Assembly (NCBI GenBank): GCA_048571215.1
Contig: CP182352.1
Coordinates: 1,152,001-1,216,000, forward strand
Direction: 5' to 3'
Source: Halarcobacter sp.
GTDB lineage: Bacteria; Campylobacterota; Campylobacteria; Campylobacterales; Arcobacteraceae
Length of the DNA: 64,000 bases
Shown: in pieces, positions 30,276 through 41,918 of the stretch
Layout of the letters: every line of letters begins with the position of its first letter
Numbering within the stretch: the first letter of the stretch is position 1
Notes under the pieces: generated by a model
What the model saw: the letters and a program-made list of their open reading frames with translations, nothing else
Databases searched by the model: none
What the model was told of the DNA's origin: nothing
Translations under genes and position numbers: made by a program

Positions 30276-31571
30276 TTATTTCCTTACTATAGAATATGAT
30301 AAATTTATAATCTCTTTATGAGATTCAATATAATTATTTAAATCTTCTAATTTAAGATTTTCTATATTTTCTAACTCTTTTTGAGTGTAATCTTGCTCTA
30401 ATCCCTTATAAAATAGAGTAAAAGCTTGATTTAATCTTTGATTTAAAGTTTCAGTTCTAAGTGGTTCACTACCTAGTAGGAAATCTCTTGCAGAATCTAG
30501 CTCTTCTTGTGTAACCCCTTTTTTTACAAATTTATTTACTATTTTACTAACTAATTCTTTTGCTTCATCTGCACTTTCTAATTTAGTTTGTAAGTAACCT
30601 GTAAAATAAGAGTATGATTTATTTATAGAGATATATCCATAGGCTGAATATGCTAAACCTCTTTTTACTCTAATCTCTTCCATAAGTCTTGAACCAAAAC
30701 CACTTCCACCTAAAATAAAAGAAGCAACTTTAGCTTTATATACATTTTCATCTTTAGGGTTTATCTTAAATGGGCTACCAAAATAGACATATGCTTGCTG
30801 TGTATCTTTTAAAATAGTATCAACTGTAGCTGAGTCGTTTGCTGTATACTTTTCAAATGAATTAGCACCCTTAGCCTTAATCACTTTTACAACTTTTTTG
30901 ATTTTTTTGATTAACTCATCATAATCAAAATCTCCACCTGCTACAATGATTAGATTATTTAAATCAATCGCTTTAGAGATAAACTTTTTTACATCTTCTA
31001 ACTTTATAGAAGAGATTGATTCAATTGTTCCTGAACTTGGATTTTCCAAAGGGGTACCTTTGAAAAGTATTTTTTTTAGATTATTACTTGCCATATAGTC
31101 ATAATCATTCTCTTTTCTTTTTAAAGAACCAATACTAATAGTTTTGACTTTTTCTAAAGTTTGCTTATCATAATTTGGGTCTTCTAATAACTCTTTTAAA
31201 AATTTTAAAGCCTCTTCATGTACATCTTTTAAAGATGAAAGTTCAATTACAAAGGTTTCAAAACCATTTGAGGTATGTAATGAAATCGCTTTATTTTCTA
31301 ATTTTGCAGCAAATTTTGTTGAACCTAGTTTTTTAGTCCCTTCATTTAAAAGTTTTGCTGATATTGAAGCAAGTCCACTTGTTTTTTTATCTTTCATATA
31401 ACCTGAGTTTTTAAATACCAATTGAAGGTTTAATATTGGTAAACTTTTGTCCTCTTCAAAAACTACAGGTATTTTTAAATTATCTATCTCTACATACTTT
31501 ATAGTTGCAGCCATTAAAAATCCTTGTAAAATTAGTGTTAATATAATATATTTTAATAATGATACTTTCAT
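30276..31571 (-). CDS. M16 (pitrilysin-family) peptidase-like protein, non-catalytic type
   Basis: [22 protein letters not shown]; no HXXEH motif. Confidence 0.88.
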   Translation of the reverse strand: MKVSLLKYIILTLILQGFLMAATIKYVEIDNLKIPVVFEEDKSLPILNLQLVFKNSGYMKDKKTSGLASISAKLLNEGTKKLGSTKFAAKLENKAISLHTSNGFETFVIELSSLKDVHEEALKFLKELLEDPNYDKQTLEKVKTISIGSLKRKENDYDYMASNNLKKILFKGTPLENPSSGTIESISSIKLEDVKKFISKAIDLNNLIIVAGGDFDYDELIKKIKKVVKVIKAKGANSFEKYTANDSATVDTILKDTQQAYVYFGSPFKINPKDENVYKAKVASFILGGSGFGSRLMEEIRVKRGLAYSAYGYISINKSYSYFTGYLQTKLESADEAKELVSKIVNKFVKKGVTQEELDSARDFLLGSEPLRTETLNQRLNQAFTLFYKGLEQDYTQKELENIENLKLEDLNNYIESHKEIINLSYSIVRK

Positions 31572-31579
31572 TATAAAGT

Positions 31580-32653
31580 TTAAAACCTTTCTAAAGTTTC
31601 ATAGGCAGTATTACGTTTTGCAGGATTCTCACCAACATCACGAATTAGTTGAATCATCTCATCTTGGTTCATGCAGTTTGAAGCACCTGCTGCTGCAACT
31701 ACATTTTCTTCCATCATGGTACTACCTAAATCATTTGCACCAAATTTTAGTGCCATTTGACCTATATAACTACCTTGGGTTACCCAAGAACTTTGGATAT
31801 TTTTAAAATTATCTAAATACAATCTTGAAACAGCAAGAAGTCTTAAGTATCTATTTGATGATTGAGGTTTTAAATCAGGTATCTCTTCTTTAAGTTTTGT
31901 ATTAGCACTTTGAAAAGACCACATAATAAATGCTCTAAAACCACCAGTTTCATCTTGTAGTTTTCTAATTCTTTCCCAGTGTTCAATTATCTCTTCATTT
32001 GTTTCAACTGTACCAAACATCATTGTAGCTGTTGTTTTCATCCCAATAGAGTGAGCTAATCTATGAATCTCAATCCATTCATCTGCATCCATTTTTTTAG
32101 GAGCTATGATATCTCTAACCCTATCACTTAAAATCTCTGCACCAGCACCAGGAATTGAACTTAATCCCTTAGCTTGCAATCTTTTTAATACTTCTAGTTT
32201 TGAGATTTTTGATACCTTTGCAATATAAGATATCTCAATTGCAGAAAAAGAGTGTAGGGTGATTTGAGGAAATTTTGTATGGATATGTTCAACTAAATCC
32301 TCATAATACTCAATTTTTAGTTTTGGATGAACTCCACCTTGCATTAAAATTTGTGTACCACCAATAGCTAATAACTCTTCTATTTTTTCATCTATCTCAT
32401 CATAAGATAAAACATAAGAATCTTCATCTCTTCCATGTCTATAAAAGGCACAAAACTTACAATCAACCCAACAAACATTTGTATAGTTAATATTTCTATC
32501 AACTACAAAACTTGTTATCTTTTCTGGGTGTAGTTTAGCTTTTACTTTTGAAGCTAATGCTCCTAACTCTATTAATGAGGCATTTTCTATTAAATCTAAA
32601 GCCTCTTGGTTTGTTAATCTTTTATCTATTATAGTTTCCATTTTTTTTACCAT
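31580..32653 (-). CDS. mqnC: Cyclic dehypoxanthine futalosine synthase (radical SAM)
   Basis: DRNINYTNVCWVDCKFCAF, PGAGAEIL, QSSWVTQG, MMEENVV. Confidence 0.93.
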   Translation of the reverse strand: MVKKMETIIDKRLTNQEALDLIENASLIELGALASKVKAKLHPEKITSFVVDRNINYTNVCWVDCKFCAFYRHGRDEDSYVLSYDEIDEKIEELLAIGGTQILMQGGVHPKLKIEYYEDLVEHIHTKFPQITLHSFSAIEISYIAKVSKISKLEVLKRLQAKGLSSIPGAGAEILSDRVRDIIAPKKMDADEWIEIHRLAHSIGMKTTATMMFGTVETNEEIIEHWERIRKLQDETGGFRAFIMWSFQSANTKLKEEIPDLKPQSSNRYLRLLAVSRLYLDNFKNIQSSWVTQGSYIGQMALKFGANDLGSTMMEENVVAAAGASNCMNQDEMIQLIRDVGENPAKRNTAYETLERF

Positions 32654-32654
32654 C

Positions 32655-34922
32655 TTAAAAACTCGATCCTAAAGAGAACTCAAAGGTTGAAGTCTCATCA
32701 GTTGCTTCATCATCTAATGGTTGAGCAAAAATTAGTTGTAATGGACCAAAAGGTGAAATCCACTCAAAAAGTGCACCTGTACTTGATCTTTGAATATCAC
32801 TAATATTATCTTCACCTATCATACCATAATCATAAAAAATACCCCATCTCATTTTTGCTGACTCTGATAGTGGGAAACTCATCTCAACTGAAGTTGCTGC
32901 CATAGCTTTGTATGGGTCACCTTTTATACCTGTTGTATAATTTGGAAATGAATAAGACTTAAACCCTCTTAATGATTTAACACCACCTAAATATAGTGAA
33001 TCCCCTTGGTTGATTTGCCCATTGTCTACCATAAATTTTGCTTGTAGTTTATATCTTAAAATCCAATCTAAATCGTATAAATCATTTAATGAGTAGAAAT
33101 ATTTAAAATATGAACTACTTTTTAGATATTTTGAATCTCCACCAAGTCCTGCATACTCTAAAGAGGAACCAGCTTTAAAACCACTTCTTGGGTTATAAAA
33201 GTCATCTGTATTATCAAAGTTTATATATGGGGTTATAGAACTTGTTATATATTCTTGATTTGTAAAACGACTAGCTGGTGCAATATAATTAGCATTACCA
33301 ACAGTTGTATATGAACTATCATAAGTATAATCTTCTTTAATTGAATCTAATCTATATCTTGCTCCAACTTTTACATTTCTAAATAGCTCTCTACCAAAAC
33401 CAAGAGAGAACCCTTTGGTAGATTTGTCTAAATCATAAGCTGTGTTGTTAATCTCAACATCATCACTATGGATATCTATATCTCCATGATATTTACTATC
33501 ACGAATTGCTGGGTTTATTAATTTGATTGATAAATCGGTTGTAGTTTTTGATAAATCAGCTGATATTCCAAGGGTTAGTCCTGAACCAAAGATATTTTTA
33601 TCATTTATTGATGCATTTACCATAACTCCATCATAAGAACCATATCCACCACCTAGAATAATATTTCCAGTTGGTGCTTCTTTTACATTTACAATTAAGT
33701 CCATTTTATCTGAAGTGATTCTTTTTTGTTCTATTGTTACATCTTCAAAATAACCAGTTCTTTTCAATCTTGAAATAGAATCATTAAAATCTGTTAAACT
33801 AAATAAATCACCAGGTGCTAAATAAACATTTCTTCTAATAACTCTATCTAAAGTTCTTGAGTTTCCAGTGATTTTTACATCTTCTACATATACTTTGTCC
33901 CCAGGGATTACATTGAAAATAACATCTGTTGTTCCATTTTTTTCATCTTTTTTAAGATCATAATTAACTTTTGTAAAAGCATAACCTAAATCTGAAATGG
34001 TTGTTTTTATAAATTCAATATCTTTTCTTAGTTTTTTTATATTAAAAGTTCTACCTTTAACTAGGGCAAGTTCAGGATAAAGATCTTTTGCATCAATAAT
34101 ATCTGAGTTAACATAGATTGTAATATTATTTGTATTATATTGAATTCCTTCATTGATATAAAAATCTAAGTCTGCTTGATCTGAAGCAAAATCAACTTCT
34201 ACAAAAGGGTCTTTTATTTGAGCATCTAAATATCCATGTTCCCAATACAGTTCTTGTATTCTTTTACCATCATATTTTAGTTGATCTGCATTTAATTTTC
34301 CATCATTTTGAGTGATAAACCAAGAGGCGAACTCCTCTTCTTTGTTTACTGTTACTTGCTCAAAATCACTAGCATCAAGATTTTTTGCACCAAAATAATT
34401 AGCTTTTTTGATGATGATTTCATCACCTTTATTTACGTGAAAAATTACAGATACTGCATTTTCATTAAGTTTTTCAACTTCAACTTCAATTACAGAGTTT
34501 ATATAACCCTCTTTTTCTAACTCTTTTAATAGGGTTTCTTTTGCTTCATTTACTCTTTTTTCAGAGTACATAACCCCTTTTTCTAGACGGATATACTTCT
34601 TAGTAATGTCTATATCTCTATCTCTACTTTTAAAACCAATAATCTCAACATTCGCTATTGAAGGTTTCTCTTTAAATATAAATTTTAAAGTTCCATTATC
34701 TATAGTTGCTTGAATATCTTCAAAATAATTAAATTTAAAAAACTTTTTTATTGCCTTGTTTACTTTGTCAACACTAACTTCATCGCCAACTTTCATTCCA
34801 ACAGTGTCGTTTGCAATAGTGTCTGAAATCTTGGTTAGGTTTTCATATTCGATTGAAGTAATTTGCTCTGCTTGTAGTAGTGAAGCTAATGCTAATGATA
34901 ATAAGATACTATTCTTTTTCAC
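32655..34922 (-). CDS. bamA: Outer membrane protein assembly factor BamA
   Basis: POTRA repeats (GNSRTLDRVIRR), LRGF, W.SPFGPL, C-terminal Phe. Confidence 0.95.
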   Translation of the reverse strand: MKKNSILLSLALASLLQAEQITSIEYENLTKISDTIANDTVGMKVGDEVSVDKVNKAIKKFFKFNYFEDIQATIDNGTLKFIFKEKPSIANVEIIGFKSRDRDIDITKKYIRLEKGVMYSEKRVNEAKETLLKELEKEGYINSVIEVEVEKLNENAVSVIFHVNKGDEIIIKKANYFGAKNLDASDFEQVTVNKEEEFASWFITQNDGKLNADQLKYDGKRIQELYWEHGYLDAQIKDPFVEVDFASDQADLDFYINEGIQYNTNNITIYVNSDIIDAKDLYPELALVKGRTFNIKKLRKDIEFIKTTISDLGYAFTKVNYDLKKDEKNGTTDVIFNVIPGDKVYVEDVKITGNSRTLDRVIRRNVYLAPGDLFSLTDFNDSISRLKRTGYFEDVTIEQKRITSDKMDLIVNVKEAPTGNIILGGGYGSYDGVMVNASINDKNIFGSGLTLGISADLSKTTTDLSIKLINPAIRDSKYHGDIDIHSDDVEINNTAYDLDKSTKGFSLGFGRELFRNVKVGARYRLDSIKEDYTYDSSYTTVGNANYIAPASRFTNQEYITSSITPYINFDNTDDFYNPRSGFKAGSSLEYAGLGGDSKYLKSSSYFKYFYSLNDLYDLDWILRYKLQAKFMVDNGQINQGDSLYLGGVKSLRGFKSYSFPNYTTGIKGDPYKAMAATSVEMSFPLSESAKMRWGIFYDYGMIGEDNISDIQRSSTGALFEWISPFGPLQLIFAQPLDDEATDETSTFEFSLGSSF

Positions 34923-35032
34923 AGCTATCCTTAATATGTTTATAATTGAAAAGAAATAATATATCTAAATAAACTTTATAGGATGGTTAAGATATAATCA
35001 CCTTTTTAAACAAAATTGTAAAGGTTATAAAA

Positions 35033-35863
35033 TTGAATATAGGTATTATTGGATTAGGTCTAATGGGAGGTTCATTAGCAAAAGCATTGAAAAAATATTT
35101 TATTGCAAAAAAAATCTATGGTTATGCAAGAAGTGAAAAATCAAAAAAAGAGATTGAAGAGTTAAGTTTAGTTGATGAATTAGTTGATATTGAAACTTTA
35201 AAAAAAGAGTGTGATTTAATCATACTAGCAATCCCTGTTGATAATATTATCTCTTTTCTTCCTGAGTTAGAAGATATTAATAAAAATACTACAATAATGG
35301 ATTTAGGTTCAACTAAAGAGTTTATTATTGAAAATATTCCGTCATCTATAAGAAAAAACTTTATTGCTGCACACCCTATGACAGGAACTGAAAAATCAGG
35401 ACCCAAAGCAGCTATTGATGACTTATATGAAGGAAAAACTGTTGTACTTTGTAATCTAGAAGACAATGACAATCTTCACGTAAATAGGGCATTTAGACTT
35501 TTTCAAGAAATAGGAATGAGAATTGTAGTTATGGATGCAAATGAACATGATGTCCATGCTTGTTATATGTCTCATCTTCCCCATGCAATATCTTTTTCAT
35601 TGGCTAATACAGTTATGGACTGTGAAGATCCAAAATCTATTATCGCATTAGCTGCTGGTGGATTTAAAGATATGAGTAGAGTTGCAAAATCAAGTCCTGA
35701 TATGTGGATAGATATTTTTAAGCAAAATAAAAAGAATCTTTTAGAATCAATGGAAAAATTTGAAAACCATATGCAAGTAGTAAGAATTATGATTGAAAAT
35801 GAAAGATATGAAGATTTAAAAAAATGGATGAAAAAAGCTAATTCTTTGCATGAGATACTTTAA
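35033..35863 (+). CDS. tyrA: Prephenate dehydrogenase
   Basis: GLGLMGGS, DLGSTK, HPMTGTE, SHLPH. Confidence 0.93.
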   Translation: MNIGIIGLGLMGGSLAKALKKYFIAKKIYGYARSEKSKKEIEELSLVDELVDIETLKKECDLIILAIPVDNIISFLPELEDINKNTTIMDLGSTKEFIIENIPSSIRKNFIAAHPMTGTEKSGPKAAIDDLYEGKTVVLCNLEDNDNLHVNRAFRLFQEIGMRIVVMDANEHDVHACYMSHLPHAISFSLANTVMDCEDPKSIIALAAGGFKDMSRVAKSSPDMWIDIFKQNKKNLLESMEKFENHMQVVRIMIENERYEDLKKWMKKANSLHEIL

Positions 35864-35864
35864 T

Positions 35865-37010
35865 TTAAAGTATCTTAGCACTATTTATTGCTTCTTGTAG
35901 TTTTATTGCTTGATAATGTTCTTTTACATCATGACATCTAATAATTGAAGCACCATTTTCTATAGACTTTAGGTGAATTGCTAGAGTTCCGGGAAGTCTT
36001 TGTTCTATTGGAGTATTTACAAGCATATCTATCATAGATTTTCTACTTGCTCCAATAAGTAGTTCATAACCAAAATGTTCAAAATGTTTTAGGTTTTTAA
36101 GTAAGCTAAGGTTATGGTCTAAGTTTTTTCCAAAACCAATACCTACATCTAAGATTATCTTTTCTATTCCAAAACTTTTTGCCTTATCTATTTGTTTAGA
36201 AAAAAACTCATCTATCTCTAATATTACATTTTCATAAAATGGATCTTTTTGCATAGTTTGAGGATCTTTTTGCATATGCATTATTACAACTTGGGCTTGA
36301 TATTTTGCAGCAAGTTTACACACTTCATCATTTTGTAAACCTGTAATATCATTTATAATAGAAAAACCTCTATCTAAAGCATATTCTAAAACTAAAGATT
36401 CATAAGAATCGAGTGAAAACTCAACTTTTTCGTAAAGATTCTCTTCTTTGATTAAATCAAGTATGGGTTTTAATCTATTTAATTCCTCTTTAGGTTCAAC
36501 TTTTTCACTTCCTGGGCGTGATGACACACCACCAATATCTATAATAGAAGCACCATCTTCTATCATCTCTTCTATTTTTTTTATGGCATCACTACCTTTG
36601 AATCTACTATTCTTGAAAAATGAATCATCATTTGCATTTATAATACCCATGATTTTAGTAGGATGCTTTTTTGTAGATATGAAAGTTTTTAGTTTTAAAG
36701 CTAAAGTTTTTAGTCCAAAAGGTTGAGCTAACTCTTTTCTAGATAGGGTTTCTAAGTGTTTTGATGTAGCTATTAAAATTGCATCAACATATTTGTCTTT
36801 TGCAATAATAACTCCACTTGGAACTGCCAAATCAGCTCCTATTGATAGGGCATCTTGTTTTAAGATATTTGCAGCACCCACATGTAAATTTTTTATATAA
36901 ATAGTATGTAGTGAAGATTTTTTACTTAAGATTGAGACGCCACTTTTGTCACAGCCTAATTGTTGATAGATTTTTTTTGCATCTATATCTGAGATTTTAT
37001 ATATTTGCAT
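35865..37010 (-). CDS. folP: Dihydropteroate synthase with Campylobacterota-type N-terminal extension
   Basis: MGIINANDDSF, DIGGVSSRPG, DVGIGFGK, GASRKS, RCHDV. Confidence 0.94.
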   Translation of the reverse strand: MQIYKISDIDAKKIYQQLGCDKSGVSILSKKSSLHTIYIKNLHVGAANILKQDALSIGADLAVPSGVIIAKDKYVDAILIATSKHLETLSRKELAQPFGLKTLALKLKTFISTKKHPTKIMGIINANDDSFFKNSRFKGSDAIKKIEEMIEDGASIIDIGGVSSRPGSEKVEPKEELNRLKPILDLIKEENLYEKVEFSLDSYESLVLEYALDRGFSIINDITGLQNDEVCKLAAKYQAQVVIMHMQKDPQTMQKDPFYENVILEIDEFFSKQIDKAKSFGIEKIILDVGIGFGKNLDHNLSLLKNLKHFEHFGYELLIGASRKSMIDMLVNTPIEQRLPGTLAIHLKSIENGASIIRCHDVKEHYQAIKLQEAINSAKIL

Positions 37011-37011
37011 C

Positions 37012-37644
37012 TTATGCTTTATTTTTCCTATTTAGAAGTGTTAATAAAAATGTTGTAAGAACATTTATAGGTCTAGAGTTTAACTCTAAGAGTTTTATTG
37101 ACTTAGAAAATATCTCAAGTTCATTTTGTGTAAGTCTAATTTTTTGTGAGCTTAATTTATATAATGATGATTCAATAAACTCTTTTGCATCAATTTTATT
37201 AATTCTTTGATTCTCTTTTAAAAAATTATACATATCTTTTAAATCTAAATTAGCAATATCCAGTTCAAGCTCTTTTCTAAGTATTTTATCTTTTACATAA
37301 AGATGTGGCATTCTTGAAAAAATAGTTGGAAGTATTGAGGATTTTGAATTGGTGATGATGATAAAAACTATATTTTTTGGTGGTTCTTCTAAAACCTTTA
37401 GTAAAGAGTTTTGAGCCTCATTTCTAAATGTTTTTCCACACAAAAATATATATTTTGTTTCATTTGATGAGATATAAGCTTCTTTTATCGCTTGTGTAGC
37501 TTGTGCTAATAAGAAATCATCTTTGTCACTGTTTCTAATAACTCTTATCTCATGTTTATTATAAAATGAAAGTAGTTTATTTAAAGTTTCATCTATACTA
37601 GAAACAATCAATATTGTAGAGTTATCTATTTTTTTATTTATCAT
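37012..37644 (-). CDS. holB: DNA polymerase III delta' subunit
   Basis: EAQNSLLKVLEEPP, ILPTIFSR. Confidence 0.88.
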   Translation of the reverse strand: MINKKIDNSTILIVSSIDETLNKLLSFYNKHEIRVIRNSDKDDFLLAQATQAIKEAYISSNETKYIFLCGKTFRNEAQNSLLKVLEEPPKNIVFIIITNSKSSILPTIFSRMPHLYVKDKILRKELELDIANLDLKDMYNFLKENQRINKIDAKEFIESSLYKLSSQKIRLTQNELEIFSKSIKLLELNSRPINVLTTFLLTLLNRKNKA

Positions 37645-38195
37645 TAGTTTTCAACATTTATTTCTGCAAAAAGCGCAGCACTTAAAGTTTTATTATATAG
37701 TCTAAACATTTGAAGAAGTTTCATATCCAAGGCTTCATCATTGCTTTTTAGATTAAAAGCATCTTGTATTTCTTCACCAAATATCCATAAAAAAGAGTTT
37801 TTAGATACTTTTGGTAGGATTGCTTTGGTATCTTGACTTTTCCCAATATACCAAAAACAATATCCATTTGGAAAAGAGATATTCAACATATCTCTTATAA
37901 ACCCAATATCTTCTTCTGATTTTAAATCTTCAAGGTTTTTATAAAACGATTTAAAATCATAAAAAGGTAAAAAAGGTCTATTTAGTTTTTGAGCATTTAT
38001 ATTTGTTAATATATATTGTAAAAACCAATCCCTATCATTATCTGTTATTATTAAGACAGAACAACCTTTTTCTAAGATATTTATAATAGATTTAGAAGCT
38101 AAGGGAACCCATTCAAACTTTTTCTCCTCTAGCCAAGGAGAAATAAGTCTATCATTTCTTACTGTATCAACAGTCCAGTTTAAAAACTCTTGCAC
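37644..38195 (-). CDS. hobA: HobA DnaA-binding replication regulator
   Basis: WLEEKKFEW.PL, NINA..LNRPFLPF, FWYIG; lysC-hobA-holB-folP order. Confidence 0.88.
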   Translation of the reverse strand: MQEFLNWTVDTVRNDRLISPWLEEKKFEWVPLASKSIINILEKGCSVLIITDNDRDWFLQYILTNINAQKLNRPFLPFYDFKSFYKNLEDLKSEEDIGFIRDMLNISFPNGYCFWYIGKSQDTKAILPKVSKNSFLWIFGEEIQDAFNLKSNDEALDMKLLQMFRLYNKTLSAALFAEINVEN

Positions 38196-38197
38196 TT

Positions 38198-39406
38198 CTA
38201 TTTATCCAAATCATATGCATCATGAAGTGCTCTTACTGCAAGTTCTGCATATTTTTCTTCTATAATCATAGATATTTTAATTTCACTTGTTGAGATGATT
38301 CTTATATTTATATTTTCTTTTGCAAGTGCAGTGAAAGCTTTTGAAGCTACACCTGTATGAGATTTCATACCAACACCTACAATTGATACTTTACAAATAG
38401 GTTCATTATAATCAATGTTCTCAGCTTCATCTTTAAATAGTTCCATAACTTTTTTGCAATTTTCCCAATCACTTGTTGGAATAGTAAAATCTAAATCTGT
38501 TTTACCATCAACTCCAACTGTTTGTACTATCATATCTACATTTATAGTTGCATCTGCAAGGGCAGTAAAAATAGATGAAGCAATGCCTGGTCTATCTGTA
38601 ACCCCATACATTCCAACTCTTACTTGATTTTTATCTAAAGCAATACCACTTACAACTGGTTGTTCCATTATATTCTCTTCCTTTGTTATTAATGTACCTT
38701 CAACTTCTGGGGTGAAGCTACTTCTTGATACTAAATTTACATTTAACTTTTTTGCCATCTCTACTGATCTGTTTTGTAAAACCTTTGCTCCTAAAGAAGC
38801 TAATTCTAACATCTCATCATAAGAGATTTTTTCTAATTTTTTAGCCTTGCTTACAATTCTAGGGTCTGTGGTATAAATACCATCAACATCAGTATAGATT
38901 TCACATAAATCTGCTTTTATTGCACCAGCAATTGCTACAGCTGTTAAGTCTGAACCACCTCTACCTAAGGTTGAAACTCTTCCATCTTCTGCCAAACCTT
39001 GAAAACCAGCAACAATTATAATATTCCCATCATTTAAAGCATTTTTCATATTTGTAGTATCTATTGATTCTATTCTTGCTTTTGTATGGGCATTATCTGT
39101 TAAGATTCCTGCTTGTCTTCCACTCATTGAAGTTGCTTTATAACCTTGGGCATTTAAAGCAATAGATAAAAGTGCAGAAGTAACTCTTTCACCTGAACTT
39201 AACAACATATCTAATTCATTTGAAGCAGGAGTTTTTGTATAATGCTCTGCATATTCAATTAGTTTATTTGTTTCACCACTCATAGCAGAAACAACTGCTA
39301 TTACATCATCACCATTATCTTTTATTTTTTTTATAATATCTGCAACATTTTGGATTCTTTCAAGTGTTCCTACACTTGTCCCACCAAATTTTAAAACTTT
39401 TAACAT
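38198..39406 (-). CDS. lysC: Aspartate kinase
   Basis: KFGGTSV, VVSAMSG, TLGRGGSD, DVDGIYTTDPR, ACT domains. Confidence 0.96.
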   Translation of the reverse strand: MLKVLKFGGTSVGTLERIQNVADIIKKIKDNGDDVIAVVSAMSGETNKLIEYAEHYTKTPASNELDMLLSSGERVTSALLSIALNAQGYKATSMSGRQAGILTDNAHTKARIESIDTTNMKNALNDGNIIIVAGFQGLAEDGRVSTLGRGGSDLTAVAIAGAIKADLCEIYTDVDGIYTTDPRIVSKAKKLEKISYDEMLELASLGAKVLQNRSVEMAKKLNVNLVSRSSFTPEVEGTLITKEENIMEQPVVSGIALDKNQVRVGMYGVTDRPGIASSIFTALADATINVDMIVQTVGVDGKTDLDFTIPTSDWENCKKVMELFKDEAENIDYNEPICKVSIVGVGMKSHTGVASKAFTALAKENINIRIISTSEIKISMIIEEKYAELAVRALHDAYDLDK

Positions 39407-39426
39407 TTAGCTTTTAACCTTTTATA

Positions 39427-39915
39427 TTAAATATATCCCTCTTTTTTAAAATACTTTAAAACTTGTTTATAAACTGTTCTTTTAAAGAATGTTATAAAGT
39501 CATAAATATTTTTTGTTGGCACAAATTTATATTCACTGAATTCTGGTATTTCAGTGTTTATATTTATTTTTGCACCTTTTTTTAATTTTACCAAATAGTA
39601 TTTTTGTATCTGCCCATCAAATGGATACATCTTTTTTGCAATTGCAGGAGGGAAATCATAACTAACCCATTGAGGGTATTCGGCAATAATTTCAATCTCA
39701 CGTGTTCCAATCTCTTCTTCTAGTTCTCTAAAAAGAGCTTCTTTTGCACTTTCACCTTCGTCTATTCCACCTTGGGGAAACTGCCAAGCATTTTCAACGT
39801 CAGTTCTTGACGCAATAAAGATTTCACATTTTTCAGGGTATTTAGCTGATAGTACAATTGCTGCTACATTTGGTCTATAGTTTTTTTTCTCTTTTAATTC
39901 TTCTTTATCAGTCAT
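39427..39915 (-). CDS. rppH: RNA pyrophosphohydrolase (Nudix)
   Basis: YRPNVA, WQFPQGGIDEGE...RELEEEIG, GQIQKY. Confidence 0.93.
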   Translation of the reverse strand: MTDKEELKEKKNYRPNVAAIVLSAKYPEKCEIFIASRTDVENAWQFPQGGIDEGESAKEALFRELEEEIGTREIEIIAEYPQWVSYDFPPAIAKKMYPFDGQIQKYYLVKLKKGAKININTEIPEFSEYKFVPTKNIYDFITFFKRTVYKQVLKYFKKEGYI

Positions 39916-39970
39916 AAATAATAATTCCCTTATAATTAGCCTGATATTATAACTTAGGTAGGATTAAAAA

Positions 39971-41032
39971 TTGCTTTTATATATACATATTCCATTTTGT
40001 GACAGTAAGTGTCACTATTGCGCCTTCAACTCCTATACAGATAGGTTTTACTTAAAAAAAGAGTATATGAAAGCACTAAAAAAACAGTTAATATTTGATA
40101 TAAATAACCATTTAGATGGTCAAATAATTGAAACAGTATTCATAGGTGGTGGTACACCAAGTACAATCAAAGCTTTTGAGTACGAAGATATATTTAAAAT
40201 AATAAAACCACATCTCAAAGATGATGCTGAAATTACAATAGAGTGCAACCCAAACTCAGCTACTAAACAATGGCTTGAAGATTTGTATAAACTGGGTGTA
40301 AATAGGGTTAGTTTTGGTGTACAAAGTTTTAATGATGAAAAGTTGAAATTTTTAAATAGAGCACACAATAGTGAAATGGCACAAGAAGCTATTAAAAATG
40401 CAGCTTGTATAGGTTTTAATGGTATTAATTGCGATATAATTTATGGTGTCAAGGGGGATAGCTTTGAATCTTTGAAAAAAGATTTTGATACGGTTTTTTC
40501 TCTTCCTGTAACACACTTAAGTGCTTATTCACTTACCATAGAAGAGGGTACAAAATTTTTCAATAAATCAAGTGTAAAAATAGATGATGAAGAGCTTTCT
40601 TATAGGATTTTTGACTACTTATCTAGTCATGGGTTTAATCAATATGAGATATCAAATTTTACAAAAATAACAAAACAACAATCTAAACATAACTTTGGAT
40701 ATTGGCAACATAAAAACTATTTGGGAGTTGGTGCAGGTGCTGTTGGTTTTGTAGAAAACAAAAGATATTATCCTTTTAAAAGTTTAGAAGAGTACATTGC
40801 AAATCCAACTTTTTATGAATATGAAGAGTTAACAAAGGAAGATTTAAAAGTTGAAAAGGTACTTTTAGGTCTTAGGTGTATTAATGGTTTTAATAAAAAT
40901 TTATTAAACAGTGATGAGTTAAAAAGAGCGCAAGAGTTAGTTGATGATAAGAAAATATATTTAGAAAATGATTTTTATATAAATAAAAACTTTTTATTGG
41001 CTGATGAAATTGCACTATATATATTAGAATAA
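39971..41032 (+). CDS. hemW: Radical SAM heme chaperone HemW (HemN-like)
   Basis: LYIHIPFCDSKCHYCAF, GGGTPS, YEISNF, HNFGYW. Confidence 0.88.
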   Translation: MLLYIHIPFCDSKCHYCAFNSYTDRFYLKKEYMKALKKQLIFDINNHLDGQIIETVFIGGGTPSTIKAFEYEDIFKIIKPHLKDDAEITIECNPNSATKQWLEDLYKLGVNRVSFGVQSFNDEKLKFLNRAHNSEMAQEAIKNAACIGFNGINCDIIYGVKGDSFESLKKDFDTVFSLPVTHLSAYSLTIEEGTKFFNKSSVKIDDEELSYRIFDYLSSHGFNQYEISNFTKITKQQSKHNFGYWQHKNYLGVGAGAVGFVENKRYYPFKSLEEYIANPTFYEYEELTKEDLKVEKVLLGLRCINGFNKNLLNSDELKRAQELVDDKKIYLENDFYINKNFLLADEIALYILE

Positions 41033-41078
41033 TTCAAAATTAACTATAATACACACTTTTAAAAAGGTTAAGAGAATA

Positions 41079-41906
41079 ATGACGATAAAACAAACAGTAA
41101 AAAAGTATGCAAATAGATTAAAAGATATCACTCATATCCCATCAAAAGAGATTGAGATATTGATTATGCATCTTTTAGATAAAAATGTGATTTGGTTACA
41201 TTTAAATCATAATATTGAATTTACAAAAGAAAAAGAGTTAGAAAAGCTTGTAAATTTAAGGGAAAAAAACTACCCTTTAGAGTATTTGACAAATAAGGTT
41301 TCATTTTATGGAGAGCAGTTTTATATAAATGAGGGAGTTTTAATCCCAAGACCAGAAACTGAAATTCTAATTGAAAAAGTATTAGAGGTACAAAAGAATG
41401 ATAATTGTATATATAATGTGTTGGAAATTGGAACAGGTTCTGGAATAATCTCTGTAATGTTAGCACTTTTAATAGAAGATATTAAAATAATAGCAGTTGA
41501 TATAAATGAAAAAGCATTACAATTAGCACAACAAAATGCAAAAAAGCATGGGGTAGAGGATAAAATAGAGTTTAGATTGAGTAATCTATTTGAAAATGTT
41601 CTTGAAGATAGCTTTGATTTAGTTGTATCAAACCCACCATATATTGCAAATAGTTATAAACTTCCAGCTAATGTGAAACATGAACCTAGCAATGCTTTAT
41701 TTGGTGGAGAGATTGGTGATGAACTTTTAAAGAAGATTATTACACAGTGTTCAAAAAAAGATATCTCATATTTGATGTGTGAGATGGGTTATGATCAGAA
41801 AAAACCTTTAGAAGAGTATTTTAAATCTTTTGATTTAGAGTACTTAGATTTCTATAAAGATTATGAAAACTTCGACAGAGGTTTTGTAACAAAATTTAAA
41901 AATTAA
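41079..41906 (+). CDS. prmC: Release factor glutamine methyltransferase
   Basis: LIPRPETE, EIGTGSG, SNPPY. Confidence 0.94.
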   Translation: MTIKQTVKKYANRLKDITHIPSKEIEILIMHLLDKNVIWLHLNHNIEFTKEKELEKLVNLREKNYPLEYLTNKVSFYGEQFYINEGVLIPRPETEILIEKVLEVQKNDNCIYNVLEIGTGSGIISVMLALLIEDIKIIAVDINEKALQLAQQNAKKHGVEDKIEFRLSNLFENVLEDSFDLVVSNPPYIANSYKLPANVKHEPSNALFGGEIGDELLKKIITQCSKKDISYLMCEMGYDQKKPLEEYFKSFDLEYLDFYKDYENFDRGFVTKFKN

Positions 41907-41918
41907 GGAGTTATACAA

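Noticed and set aside
30276..31571. M16 protein lacking HXXEH as a novel pseudoenzyme
   Set aside because: Non-catalytic M16B subunits are common.
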